A stretch of 64,000 nt of DNA from Candidatus Poribacteria bacterium (GTDB taxonomy: Bacteria > Poribacteria > WGA-4E > GCA-2687025): positions 4,795 to 68,794 of the forward strand of contig VGLH01000003.1 of the NCBI GenBank assembly GCA_016866785.1. Reading direction: 5' to 3'. Shown here piece by piece: positions 47,784 through 56,961 of the stretch. A model generated the notes under the pieces. That model was not told the DNA's origin. It searched no databases and saw nothing but the letters and a program-made list of their open reading frames with translations. The translations under genes were made by a program, and so were the position numbers. Each line of letters begins with the position of its first letter. Positions within the stretch are counted from its first letter, which is position 1.

Positions 47784-48911
47784 ATGAAACGCGTGCAATG
47801 GATCGCGACCGCCATCGCCTGGTTCGCGGTTGCGTCGCTGGTTCCCGTCGAAGCGCAGACCCGAGCCGATCTCGCCGCCGTCGATCGCGCCATCGACAAC
47901 GGGCTCAAGTGGCTCGCGACCCAGAGCGACGCCAAGGGCATCTGGCGCAGCGAGTACGGTCCGGGCGTATCCGGGCTCGTGGCAACGGCGTTCCTGCGCC
48001 ATCCCAAGGGCACGTACACCGCGGACAGCCCTCAGGTGAAGCGCGCGCTCGACTGGTTCGTCAGCCTCCAGAACGCCGACGGGTCCATCTACGACGCCAA
48101 GAGCCAACTCCCGCTGCCCAACTACAGCACGTCCACGGCGTTGATGGCGCTCGCTGCCTCCAAGAACGCGCGCTACGCCACGGCGATCCGGCGCGCGCAG
48201 GAATACATCATGCGCTCGCAAGTCGATGAGGGAGAGGGCGCACAGCCGGAGGATTCCAACTACGGTGGGATCGGATACGGCAGCAATCCGAACCGAAACG
48301 ACCTGTCGAACCTGTCGATGGCGCTGACGGCGCTGCGCGACAGCGGCACATCGGCGGACGCCGCCGTCTGGGACAAGGCGATCAAGTTCCTGAGCCGTCT
48401 CCAGAACAACAGCGAGACGAACGACGAGTCCTGGTCCACCGACGACGGCGGGTTCATCTACGCGCTGGGTAAGAACGAGCCGCCGGAGAGCAAGGCGGGC
48501 AACGACGCCCAGGGACGACCCCGCTCCTACGCGACGATGACCTACGCGGGCGTCATGAGCATGATCTACGCCAACGTCAAACGGGACGATCCGCGCGTTC
48601 AGGCGGCGGTCAAGTGGCTCAGCCAGCACTGGAACCTGGAAGAGAACGAGCCCATCGGAAAGCAGGGACTCTACTACGGCTACCAGACGATGGCGAAGGC
48701 GCTCGCCGCTTACGGGTCGCCGACCTTCACGACGGCATCCGGGCAGAAGATCGACTGGTATCAAGCCCTGTCGCAGCAACTGATCAAGTCTCAGACGCCG
48801 ACCGGGGCGTGGCCCCCCAACGAAGCGGATCGCTGGTACGAGGGCGATCCGGTGCTCGTCACGGCGTACAGCATTCTCGCCCTCGAGGCGGGTTACCCGA
48901 AGACGAAGTAG
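47784..48911 (+). CDS. Secreted prenyltransferase/squalene-oxidase-repeat (terpenoid-cyclase-like alpha/alpha barrel) protein
   Basis: Signal peptide MKRVQWIATAIAWFAVASLVPVEAQ. Repeated Q..DGS/Gly-aromatic motifs (QNADGSIY, NYGGIGYG, DDGGFIYA) like QW/PFTB repeats. Confidence 0.5.
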   Translation: MKRVQWIATAIAWFAVASLVPVEAQTRADLAAVDRAIDNGLKWLATQSDAKGIWRSEYGPGVSGLVATAFLRHPKGTYTADSPQVKRALDWFVSLQNADGSIYDAKSQLPLPNYSTSTALMALAASKNARYATAIRRAQEYIMRSQVDEGEGAQPEDSNYGGIGYGSNPNRNDLSNLSMALTALRDSGTSADAAVWDKAIKFLSRLQNNSETNDESWSTDDGGFIYALGKNEPPESKAGNDAQGRPRSYATMTYAGVMSMIYANVKRDDPRVQAAVKWLSQHWNLEENEPIGKQGLYYGYQTMAKALAAYGSPTFTTASGQKIDWYQALSQQLIKSQTPTGAWPPNEADRWYEGDPVLVTAYSILALEAGYPKTK

Positions 48912-48918
48912 GAGTCGC

Positions 48919-49818
48919 GTGCCGCGTCGCGGACGCCGAGAGCCCACGCCCGGATCGAACGTGAAGGAACCGGTGCGCCCGCGTCCTAAGCGCGCGCTGA
49001 GCCAGCACTTCCTGCACGATCCGGGCGTCCTCGACCGCATCATCGCCGCTGCCGGGATTCAGTCCGGCGACACGGTGCTGGAGATCGGCAGCGGGCCCGG
49101 AGCGCTCACCGAGCGGCTTGCCGCCGCCGTGGGCGGATCCGGACGAGTCCTTGCCGTCGAGATCGACCGCGACCTGATCCCGAAGATCGAGGAACTCGCG
49201 ACACGGTTCCCCGCCGTTCAGGTGGTGCCGACCGATTTCCTTGCAGCGCCGCTGACCGACGTCCTCGCCTCGAACGGCGTCGCGCCTCCTGTCGCCGTGG
49301 TCGGCAACCTTCCGTACAGCATCACGACCCCGATCCTCGAGCGCCTGCTCGACGACTCGCGCGCCTGGACCGCCGCGACGCTCATGGTGCAAGAGGAGGT
49401 AGCTCGTCGCATCGCCGTTCCGCCCGGAAGCCCCGGCTGCGGCTCGATCTCCGTGTGGATCCACTATCGATGCGTCGCCGAGTACTGCTTCCGCGTCGGA
49501 GCCGGGGCGTTCCACCCGCCACCGCGGGTTCGGTCGGCGGTCATCCGTCTCATCCCGCGTTCCGCACCGCCCGTTCACGTCGTCGACGAGCTCCTACTGT
49601 CTCGCGTGACGCGCGCGGCATTCGGACAACGGCGCAAGACGCTTCTCAACGCGTTGTCATCGCTTGGGGCGTCGCGCCCGGAGATCGCGTCCGCGCTGGA
49701 CTTCGCCGGTATCGACTCATCGCGCCGGGGCGAGACCCTGACGCTGGAAGAGCTCGCCCGCCTCGTGAACGCGCTCGCCGCGCGGCTCGGAGCCAATCCC
49801 GTAACCGCGCAGTCCTGA
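48919..49818 (+). CDS. rsmA: 16S rRNA (adenine1518/1519-N6)-dimethyltransferase
   Basis: LSQHFLHDPGVLDRI, VLEIGSGPGALT SAM motif, NLPYSITTP. Confidence 0.9.
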   Translation: MPRRGRREPTPGSNVKEPVRPRPKRALSQHFLHDPGVLDRIIAAAGIQSGDTVLEIGSGPGALTERLAAAVGGSGRVLAVEIDRDLIPKIEELATRFPAVQVVPTDFLAAPLTDVLASNGVAPPVAVVGNLPYSITTPILERLLDDSRAWTAATLMVQEEVARRIAVPPGSPGCGSISVWIHYRCVAEYCFRVGAGAFHPPPRVRSAVIRLIPRSAPPVHVVDELLLSRVTRAAFGQRRKTLLNALSSLGASRPEIASALDFAGIDSSRRGETLTLEELARLVNALAARLGANPVTAQS

Positions 49819-49878
49819 CGCCGTTCTACTCGTCGGAAGTTGACGACAAGGGAACGAACCGCCGGAGGACCTGCGGAC

Positions 49879-51243
49879 ATGCGTTCAGCCCGCCTCGGAT
49901 GGATGCGTCCGCGCGTCCTCGCTGCCGTCGCCGCTCTCGCCGCCGTCCTCGGCTGCGCGGGCGCGTCTCGAGCGCCCGGGAACCGAGGTTTCCTCGACCT
50001 GATCGCCGTGCAGCAGTCCTACGCTCGTGGCAGCGCGACGCCGGATCAGTGGACGGCGCTGGCGCGCGACTTTGCAGGACTCGTTCGGCAGAACCCCGAC
50101 TCGGACGACGCGGACGATGCGTTGTTCGGCGCGGGCGTCTCCTACTTCTACGCGGGAACCCCTGCGACGAACGCCGCAGCGACCAAGGCGTTCCGCGAGC
50201 TCCGCGACCGGTTCCCGACATCGCCGCACGCCCCGAACGCGCTCTACTGGTCCGCCAGAGCCTATGGCAGGCTCGGCGACCCAGCCCTGGCGCACCGTCA
50301 CTATCAGTTGCTCGTCAACAACTACCCGTCCAGCACATATGCCGCTGAAGCGTGGAACGCCATCGCCCCGCCGCCACCGAAGCCCGTGGCGCCGGCTCGC
50401 ACCGTCGTCATCGAGGACCCGAAGCCCAAGCCCAAGATCGACGTGAGCCCACCTCCCAAAGGCGAGCCGACGCCCGTGGTCGTGACGCCGCCGTCACAGC
50501 CTATCGTTCAGCCGCCGACGCAGACGGCTCCTAAGATCGGGGCATCTCCGACGCTGATGCAGCAGCTCGGATTGGGCGTGTCGACGATCGTCATCGACCC
50601 AGGACACGGCGGGAAGGACTACGGCGCGACGGCTCCCGGGCTGCCGTCAGAGAAAGAGATCAATCTCGACGTATCGACGCGCCTCGCCGCGCTTCTCGAA
50701 GAGCGAGGTCTTCGCGTTCTGATGACGCGCAAGGACGACACCTTCATCCCGTTGGCCCAGCGCAACGAGTTGGCGCGGAAGTGGAACGCCGATCTTTTCG
50801 TCAGCATCCACGTGAACTCCGCCGAGTCGCCCGCAGGCAACGGCGTGGAGACGTGGGTATGCGCTCCGGCGCGTGATGCGCGGTCTGCACGCGCCGCCGC
50901 GCGCGAAAACGCGGGCAGCGTCCAGATGCACGATATCGACGACCTGCTGGCGGATATCCTCGTCTCCGCCAAGACCGCCGAGAGCCGCTCTCTCGCCGCG
51001 AGAGTCCAGGAGGAGCTCGCGAACGCCTCCGGCTCGAACGACCGTGGGATCAAGGAAGCCGGATTCGTCGTTCTGGCGGGGCTTCGCGTGCCGTCCGTGC
51101 TCGTCGAGCTCGGGTTCCTGTCGAACCCGACAGAGGGCAGAAGGCTCGCCACCCCCAGCTACCGAGAGACGCTCGCCGAAGCCATCGCGCGGGGCATCAT
51201 GCAATACGCCACCTCGTTCAGCGTGACGGCGACGGCGAAGTAA
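49879..51243 (+). CDS. N-acetylmuramoyl-L-alanine amidase (AmiC-type) fused to an N-terminal TPR/YbgF-like domain and a Pro-rich linker; lipoprotein
   Basis: Lipobox LGCAG. TPR-like N-terminus. Pro-rich PPPPKPVAP...PPPKGEP. Amidase_3 blocks IVIDPGHGGKDYGA, SIHVNS and FVVL...ELGFLSN. Confidence 0.8.
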   Translation: MRSARLGWMRPRVLAAVAALAAVLGCAGASRAPGNRGFLDLIAVQQSYARGSATPDQWTALARDFAGLVRQNPDSDDADDALFGAGVSYFYAGTPATNAAATKAFRELRDRFPTSPHAPNALYWSARAYGRLGDPALAHRHYQLLVNNYPSSTYAAEAWNAIAPPPPKPVAPARTVVIEDPKPKPKIDVSPPPKGEPTPVVVTPPSQPIVQPPTQTAPKIGASPTLMQQLGLGVSTIVIDPGHGGKDYGATAPGLPSEKEINLDVSTRLAALLEERGLRVLMTRKDDTFIPLAQRNELARKWNADLFVSIHVNSAESPAGNGVETWVCAPARDARSARAAARENAGSVQMHDIDDLLADILVSAKTAESRSLAARVQEELANASGSNDRGIKEAGFVVLAGLRVPSVLVELGFLSNPTEGRRLATPSYRETLAEAIARGIMQYATSFSVTATAK

Positions 51244-51383
51244 GGGCTGCCGCCACCTACGAGGCGGTTACAAAGCGCCCGTCCCCTAAGGGCGCAGCGG
51301 AGGGCTCCCGCAAGGGAGCCTTCGTGCTGTACCGGTCGTGTCTGCGCGTTGTCGCCTGCCGGTGCCCCCGCTAGAATGCGGGC

Positions 51384-54300
51384 ATGGCGACCTCCTCCCT
51401 CCTGCGAGCGATCACCGCCTTCCTCGTGACCGTTCTGCCGGCGCTGCACTCCGCGCCTGCAAAAGCCGCCAAGCCCGTCCGTCGGATCGACGCCACGGGA
51501 GCCCGGTCGGCGCGCATGACCTTCGGCGCGGTCGATCTCTGGATCACCAGCCACGACCTGCCGGAGTTGTCGATCGAGTCCGATTCGCCGTTGTCCGTCG
51601 GGAGGGACGACGAAACCATCGCCGTGGAGGGCGGTTCCGACGACGCCGGAGCCGTGAAGATCCGCTGTCCCGAAGACCTCCGGCTCAATGTGACGGTCGA
51701 GCGCGGCGAAGTCATTGTGACGCGGCTCTACGGAACGCTGGGTCTGCGACTCGTCGACGGCTCCTTGACAATCGACAGAGCCGTGGGCAGCTTCGACGTG
51801 CAGGTCGATCGCGGAAACGTCAGCGCGCGCGTGTTCCTCGCCGATGCCTCGAAGTTCCAGGTCAACCGAGGCGACATCGAGATCGCCGTGCTGGACGCCG
51901 CCGCGTTCCCGCTCGTGCTCAAGTCGGGCGAGGGAGACCTCTCGCTGCGAATCCCGCCAGGCTTTGCCGCTGAGCTCGATGCCCGCGCCGACGGCGGAGC
52001 CGTCAACATCGAAGTGCCCATCGGTCTACGAATCCAGACGCCCGAAGAGAGCGGCGGAAATCGCCGCGTTGCCGGCACGCTAGGAACCGGCGGACCTCTC
52101 GTCGAGCTCCAGACGGACCACGGCGGTATCGACGTCCTCGCTGCCAATGACGAGGAGAGCTCGGAAGCGACGGTTCCGCAGTACGTCGCTCCCCGAATCG
52201 AGGGCGGCATCTCGGTGGACGGCGAGCTCGAAGCCCCCTGGCTCGATGCGCCCAACTTGCGCTTCGAGAGCGCGACAGCAGGTCCATCGACGCACGTCCA
52301 GTTCGCGTGGGATGACGAGCATCTCTTCATCGCGGCTGCCGCCGAGCAGCGCGACTGGGCGTCGCTGGCGCTCAAGGTTCTGCCGGACGATCCTGACTTC
52401 GAGGGCGCGGGCAATGAGCTCGGTTGGGGCATCACGCTCTTGGAGCGACACCTCGGACTGATCGTCAACCCGCTGGGAACCCGACTCGACGACGAACCGG
52501 ACGACGATGGTCTGGAGATCGCGATACGACTGCTGCCCGGCTGGTGGGTTCTCGAAATGTCGGTTCGCGTCGACGGCTTGGAGCCGGATACCACGGGAGC
52601 CGTGCGTCTGTCGCGCGGCGGGACAGAAGACGGTTCCGGCGACCAGAACATCCTCCTCGTGTTGGGCGAGCGACGCGATCCACGCGAAGAGCGCATTCCG
52701 ATCCGGGTCGAGGCAGAGGGCGACGCCACCGCAGATGAGATCACGGAGGCGGTCGGGCTGCCCGCCGATGGGCTGATCCGCCTGTCCGATCTTCCGGCGG
52801 TCGAAGCGCGCGCGCGGCGTCTCGGCTGGTTCCGCGAGGTCGGCGTGTCGCTCACGTCGGACGGCGAGACAGAAACCGCTCTCCTCTCGGCGTCCGGCTT
52901 TCAGGCGACGCGAACGCACTCTCCCGAAATCGATGGCGCGACGGTCTGGCAGTCCGACGATCTTCGATTCGCCTTCGATTGGCGCGACGGCTGGATCGCC
53001 AACGACGCCATCGAGTCGAGGCGGCGGCTCATGGAAAACGCCTACCGCGCGCAGGGCTACGCGCTAGCGACCGTGCGCTCCGACGTGTCCTCGGACGGTC
53101 TGCGCCTGATCGTCGACGAGGGCAGGATCGATGCGATCCGAGTCGTCGGCGCGCGCGCGGTTCCGCGAGCCGACATCGAATCGGAGCTCGCGTCCAGTCG
53201 AGGGCAGCCCTACAACCGATGGGTCGCTGTCGACGACTGTCGAGCGGCAACGGATCGACTGTCGCGCGGGCATCGCGAGTTGATGGGATTGAGCGACGGC
53301 GGCGCCGAACGGGCGGACGGCGGAGTCGTCTGGACCGTCATCGCGGAAGAGCGGAGCCGGGTCGGTGTGTCGGTTGCGCCGATTGTCGCCTTCACGCAGG
53401 TGCACGTCTGGGAACTGGGAGCTACTCTGAGGCTGCGCGATGAGCCCATCGGACGATGGCTGACGGCGATCCGCATGTCCGGGCTCCAATACGCGGAGAG
53501 AACGGACGGACGAACGTACCGCGTGAACGGCAGCGTCGGAGCACGCTACGCCATCGACACGAAGGGCATGCTCGTGATCGGGGGTGTCGCCGAACGCGCC
53601 TCGCGCGCTCAGCTATGGCAGGGCTCCCCCGGTGTGCTTTCGAGCCTGACAGCGCTCGCGTACGGTTCCGTGCCAGGGGACTACCACACGACGGACGGCG
53701 TTCGAGCGTTCACGTGGTTCGCTCCGCATCGCCGCGTCAAGCTCGAAGCGGGGATCAGCGCCGACATCGACCGCTCGCTCCGGTCGCTGCTCGACCGAAG
53801 CATTCTGACGCGCGGAGGCATCCGACCCAACCGCCCCGCATCGGACGGCACGACGCACTACGCGTCGCTCGATTTCATGCTGGACCTTCGCGACGTCGAT
53901 ACGCAAGACGACATGGCGATCCAGCCGAAGCCCGAGCCCTCGCCACGAACGCGGCTCGGGCTTCTCGCGCAGGTCCACTCGGAAGTCGCGCGATTCATTC
54001 CGGCGCTCCCGGACGACGGCTCGCTTCGCCGGGCAGCGTCGATGCGCTTCGTGCGTGTGCAGGGCAATCTCGCCGCCTACGCGCCGCTGGGAGACAGCCT
54101 CCAACTCACCGCCCGTTGCCAGGGTCAGTGGACGCGCCAACGCCTGCCGATTCAGCGCCAATGGTGGCTGGGTGGAGCCGCGACGCTCCGAGGGTTCGAG
54201 ACATCGCAGTTCGTCGGCGACCTCGGAGGCGTCATCGGCGCGGACCTCGCGTGGCATCTGCCGTGGGCAGCGGCGTTCCTCGCCGCGTTCGGAGATGCCG

Positions 54301-54521
54301 GCGCCACCATGTGGGCGGACGAGCCCGAGTGGGATCGGCATTGGTACGGCGACGCTGGCATCTCAATGGGCATCGACGTGACCTCCGACGCGAGCCCGCC
54401 CGCCGCAAGGCTGACGCGCCGCCTCGGGTTCCAGCGGCTCCAGATGGACATCGCGCTGCCGGTTCGTGGAACCGACGAACGAACGCCGCGATTTTGGCTC
54501 TGGGCGACCGTTCCCTACTGA
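51384..54521 (+). CDS. Large outer-membrane protein: DUF4097-like beta-helical (putative adhesin) region + CBM9/DOMON-like domain + POTRA + Omp85 (BamA/TamA-type) beta-barrel
   Basis: Signal peptide MATSSLLRAITAFLVTVLPALHSAPAKA. Repeated short GxVxV/GDIEI beta-strand motifs in 60-300. VDGELEAPWLDAP motif. POTRA-like ENAYRAQGYALATV...IDAIRVVGARAVP. C-terminal barrel ending in an aromatic residue (...WLWATVPY). Confidence 0.65.
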   Translation: MATSSLLRAITAFLVTVLPALHSAPAKAAKPVRRIDATGARSARMTFGAVDLWITSHDLPELSIESDSPLSVGRDDETIAVEGGSDDAGAVKIRCPEDLRLNVTVERGEVIVTRLYGTLGLRLVDGSLTIDRAVGSFDVQVDRGNVSARVFLADASKFQVNRGDIEIAVLDAAAFPLVLKSGEGDLSLRIPPGFAAELDARADGGAVNIEVPIGLRIQTPEESGGNRRVAGTLGTGGPLVELQTDHGGIDVLAANDEESSEATVPQYVAPRIEGGISVDGELEAPWLDAPNLRFESATAGPSTHVQFAWDDEHLFIAAAAEQRDWASLALKVLPDDPDFEGAGNELGWGITLLERHLGLIVNPLGTRLDDEPDDDGLEIAIRLLPGWWVLEMSVRVDGLEPDTTGAVRLSRGGTEDGSGDQNILLVLGERRDPREERIPIRVEAEGDATADEITEAVGLPADGLIRLSDLPAVEARARRLGWFREVGVSLTSDGETETALLSASGFQATRTHSPEIDGATVWQSDDLRFAFDWRDGWIANDAIESRRRLMENAYRAQGYALATVRSDVSSDGLRLIVDEGRIDAIRVVGARAVPRADIESELASSRGQPYNRWVAVDDCRAATDRLSRGHRELMGLSDGGAERADGGVVWTVIAEERSRVGVSVAPIVAFTQVHVWELGATLRLRDEPIGRWLTAIRMSGLQYAERTDGRTYRVNGSVGARYAIDTKGMLVIGGVAERASRAQLWQGSPGVLSSLTALAYGSVPGDYHTTDGVRAFTWFAPHRRVKLEAGISADIDRSLRSLLDRSILTRGGIRPNRPASDGTTHYASLDFMLDLRDVDTQDDMAIQPKPEPSPRTRLGLLAQVHSEVARFIPALPDDGSLRRAASMRFVRVQGNLAAYAPLGDSLQLTARCQGQWTRQRLPIQRQWWLGGAATLRGFETSQFVGDLGGVIGADLAWHLPWAAAFLAAFGDAGATMWADEPEWDRHWYGDAGISMGIDVTSDASPPAARLTRRLGFQRLQMDIALPVRGTDERTPRFWLWATVPY

Positions 54522-54567
54522 CTTCTGGCGCGACACGTGGTCTGAGAACCATCGAAAGGACGACCCG

Positions 54568-55548
54568 TTGAACACTCCGCCAACCGAGTTCATCCGAGTT
54601 CCGCACGAGAAGCTCCACGCCTTTGTCGCTCGCGCCGGCGAGGCGGTCGGCTTGCCGCCAGAGAGAGCATCCGTGCTGGCAGACGCGCTGGTCGCCAACG
54701 ATCTGCGCGGCGTCTTCAGCCACGGTACACAGCAGATCGCAGGGTACGCGCCGCTGATGCGCGACGGACACTTGAACGCGAAGCCGAACGTCCACATCGT
54801 CCGCGAAACGCCCACCAGCGTGATCGTCGACGGCGACGGCGGGCTCGGATACTTCCCGGCGCTGCGGAGCGCCGAGCGCGTCATCGAACTGGCGAAGCAG
54901 TCCGGCATCGCGGTCGGGTTGAGCCGCAACCACGGGCATTTCGGGGCGGCAGGGATTTACTCGCGGAAGGCGCTCCTGCACGGGTTGCTGGCGTTCGTCA
55001 CGTCGGGTCACCAGCTCGGTCTGTCACCGGGGAACCCGATCTACCACGCCGGAGGAGGCTCGCCGATGTCGTTCAGCTTTCCGACGGGCGACCAAGACCC
55101 GTTCGTCCTCGACTTCGGCGCGATGCACGACCTCTACATGGGGAACCAGCACCGCGAGGAAATCGCGCGCTTGGCTCCCGCCATCGTGTTCCGCAGCATC
55201 GGGCTTGGAGCGATCTGCCAGACGTGGGGGGCGCTTCTCGCAGGCGTGCCGCTGGATCCGTCCCGCGCCACGCGGACATGGTCGGGAGCCAACCAGGGGT
55301 CGCTCGTCATCATGTTCCGAATCGACTTGTTCATGCCGGTCGAGCAGTTCGAGCGCGAGACGTCGGCGTACGTCCGCGCGGTGCGGCAGATGGCTCCCGT
55401 CGAGGGATTCACGGAGTCGTATCTGCCCGGCGGGATCGAGGCGGTGAGGGAGCGCGAGTATCGTGAGCTGGGCGTGCCGGTCGGCAGGAATCACCAGAGC
55501 CGTCTGCAAGCGCTGGCGGATGAGCTCGGGATCGAGCGCCCGTGGTGA
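54568..55548 (+). CDS. Ldh_2-family (malate/L-lactate/ureidoglycolate dehydrogenase type 2) oxidoreductase
   Basis: TTG start with AAAGGA SD 7 nt upstream. Family blocks GVFSHGT, HGHFGAAG, PGGIE. Confidence 0.7.
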   Translation: MNTPPTEFIRVPHEKLHAFVARAGEAVGLPPERASVLADALVANDLRGVFSHGTQQIAGYAPLMRDGHLNAKPNVHIVRETPTSVIVDGDGGLGYFPALRSAERVIELAKQSGIAVGLSRNHGHFGAAGIYSRKALLHGLLAFVTSGHQLGLSPGNPIYHAGGGSPMSFSFPTGDQDPFVLDFGAMHDLYMGNQHREEIARLAPAIVFRSIGLGAICQTWGALLAGVPLDPSRATRTWSGANQGSLVIMFRIDLFMPVEQFERETSAYVRAVRQMAPVEGFTESYLPGGIEAVREREYRELGVPVGRNHQSRLQALADELGIERPW

Positions 55549-55557
55549 CGCAGGGCG

Positions 55558-56931
55558 TCAGGCGATGCCGAGGCGCTCGACGAAGCTCGTGTGGACGCAT
55601 CCGGCGAGGAAGTCCGTGTCGTCCATGACGCGCCGATGGAAGGGGATGGTCGTCTTCACGCCGGCAATCGTGTACTCGTCCAGTGCGCGGCGCATCCGGG
55701 CGATGGCTTCTTCCCGCGTCGCGCCGAAGGTCACGAGCTTCGAGATGAGCGAGTCGTAGTACGGCGGGATCAGGTACCCCGCGAAGGCGTGGCTGTCGAT
55801 TCGGACGCCCGGTCCTCCGGGCGTCTGATAGGTGACGATCCTGCCGGGAGTCGGCATGAACCCCTTGTCCGGGTCCTCCGCGTTGATGCGGCACTGGATC
55901 GCGTGTCCCTTGAGGGTCACGTTCTTCTGCTCAAGGGTCAGGCGTTCTCCCGCGGCGACTCGAATCTGCCACTTGACAAGGTCCTCGCCGCAGACCTGCT
56001 CCGTGATCGTGTGCTCGACCTGGATGCGCGTGTTCATTTCGAGGAAGTAGAACTCGCCGTCATCCGTCACGAGGAACTCCATCGTCCCCGCGTTCTCGTA
56101 GTGGATCGCCCGCGCCGCCCTCAGCACGAGCCTCCCGATCTCGTCGCGCACTTTCGGATCGATGTTCGACGGCGTCTCTTCGACCAGCTTCTGGTGTTTG
56201 CGCTGGATCGAGCAGTCGCGCTCGCCGAAGTGGATGATGTTCCCGTGCTGGTCGCCCATGACCTGGAACTCGATGTGCCGCGCGTCCTGGACCAACTTCT
56301 CGATGTAGACGTCTTCTCGCCCGAATGCCGCCTTTGCCTCCGCCCGCGTGGTACGGAACAAGGCGACCAGGCTGACGTCGTTGTGCGCCGCGCGGATGCC
56401 TCTACCGCCGCCGCCGGCAGCCGCCTTGATCATCACCGGATAGCCGATCTCACGGGCAATCGCCAGCGCCTCGTCCTCGGTGTCGGCAAGCTCGTGCTGG
56501 TGGCTGCGCAAGCCTCGACGGCGACGCCTTCCGCTGGGAACAAGAGGGATCCCCGCCTTCCCGACCGACTGCCGCGCCTGAACCTTGTCGCCCATCGTCG
56601 CGATGTTTTCGACGCTGGGCCCGATGAACGCGATCTTGCACTCGCGGCACACCTCCGCGAAGTGGGCGCTCTCGGCAAGGAACCCGGTTCCCGGATGGAT
56701 CGCGTCCGCGTTCGTCACTTCGGCGGCGGCGATGATCGATGGGACGTTCAGATAGCTCTTCGGGGAAGGCGCGGGACCGATACAGACCGATTCGTCCGCA
56801 TGCCGGACGTGGAGCGAGTCGGCGTCGGCTTGGGAGAAGACCGCGACCGTGCGAATCCCCATCTCCCGGCACGCGCGGATCACGCGCAGGGCGATCTCGC
56901 CACGGTTGGCGATCAGGACTTTCTTGAACAT
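55558..56931 (-). CDS. accC: Acetyl-CoA carboxylase biotin carboxylase subunit
   Basis: MFKKVLIANRGEIALRVIRA N-terminus. ATP-grasp blocks. EMNTRIQVEHTITE. Contains an unusual Arg-rich segment (VPSGRRRRRGLRSHQHE) in the B-domain linker. Confidence 0.95.
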   Translation of the reverse strand: MFKKVLIANRGEIALRVIRACREMGIRTVAVFSQADADSLHVRHADESVCIGPAPSPKSYLNVPSIIAAAEVTNADAIHPGTGFLAESAHFAEVCRECKIAFIGPSVENIATMGDKVQARQSVGKAGIPLVPSGRRRRRGLRSHQHELADTEDEALAIAREIGYPVMIKAAAGGGGRGIRAAHNDVSLVALFRTTRAEAKAAFGREDVYIEKLVQDARHIEFQVMGDQHGNIIHFGERDCSIQRKHQKLVEETPSNIDPKVRDEIGRLVLRAARAIHYENAGTMEFLVTDDGEFYFLEMNTRIQVEHTITEQVCGEDLVKWQIRVAAGERLTLEQKNVTLKGHAIQCRINAEDPDKGFMPTPGRIVTYQTPGGPGVRIDSHAFAGYLIPPYYDSLISKLVTFGATREEAIARMRRALDEYTIAGVKTTIPFHRRVMDDTDFLAGCVHTSFVERLGIA

Positions 56932-56961
56932 CGCGTCACTCGTCTGCGGGCTGCGAGAAGC

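Noticed and set aside
51244-51383. Short hairpins after the amidase gene (GGCTCCC-GCAA-GGGAGCC and GCGCCC...GGGCGC)
   Set aside because: Stems of only 6-7 bp with mismatches. They could be a weak terminator, but the evidence is insufficient to list them as a feature
54466-54567. ATG 54466 as start of the Ldh_2-family gene, overlapping the outer-membrane protein gene by 56 nt
   Set aside because: TTG at 54568 has an AAAGGA SD at 7-nt spacing, and the homologous region of Ldh_2 proteins begins just after it. The upstream extension (MEPTNERRDFGSGRPF...) looks non-coding
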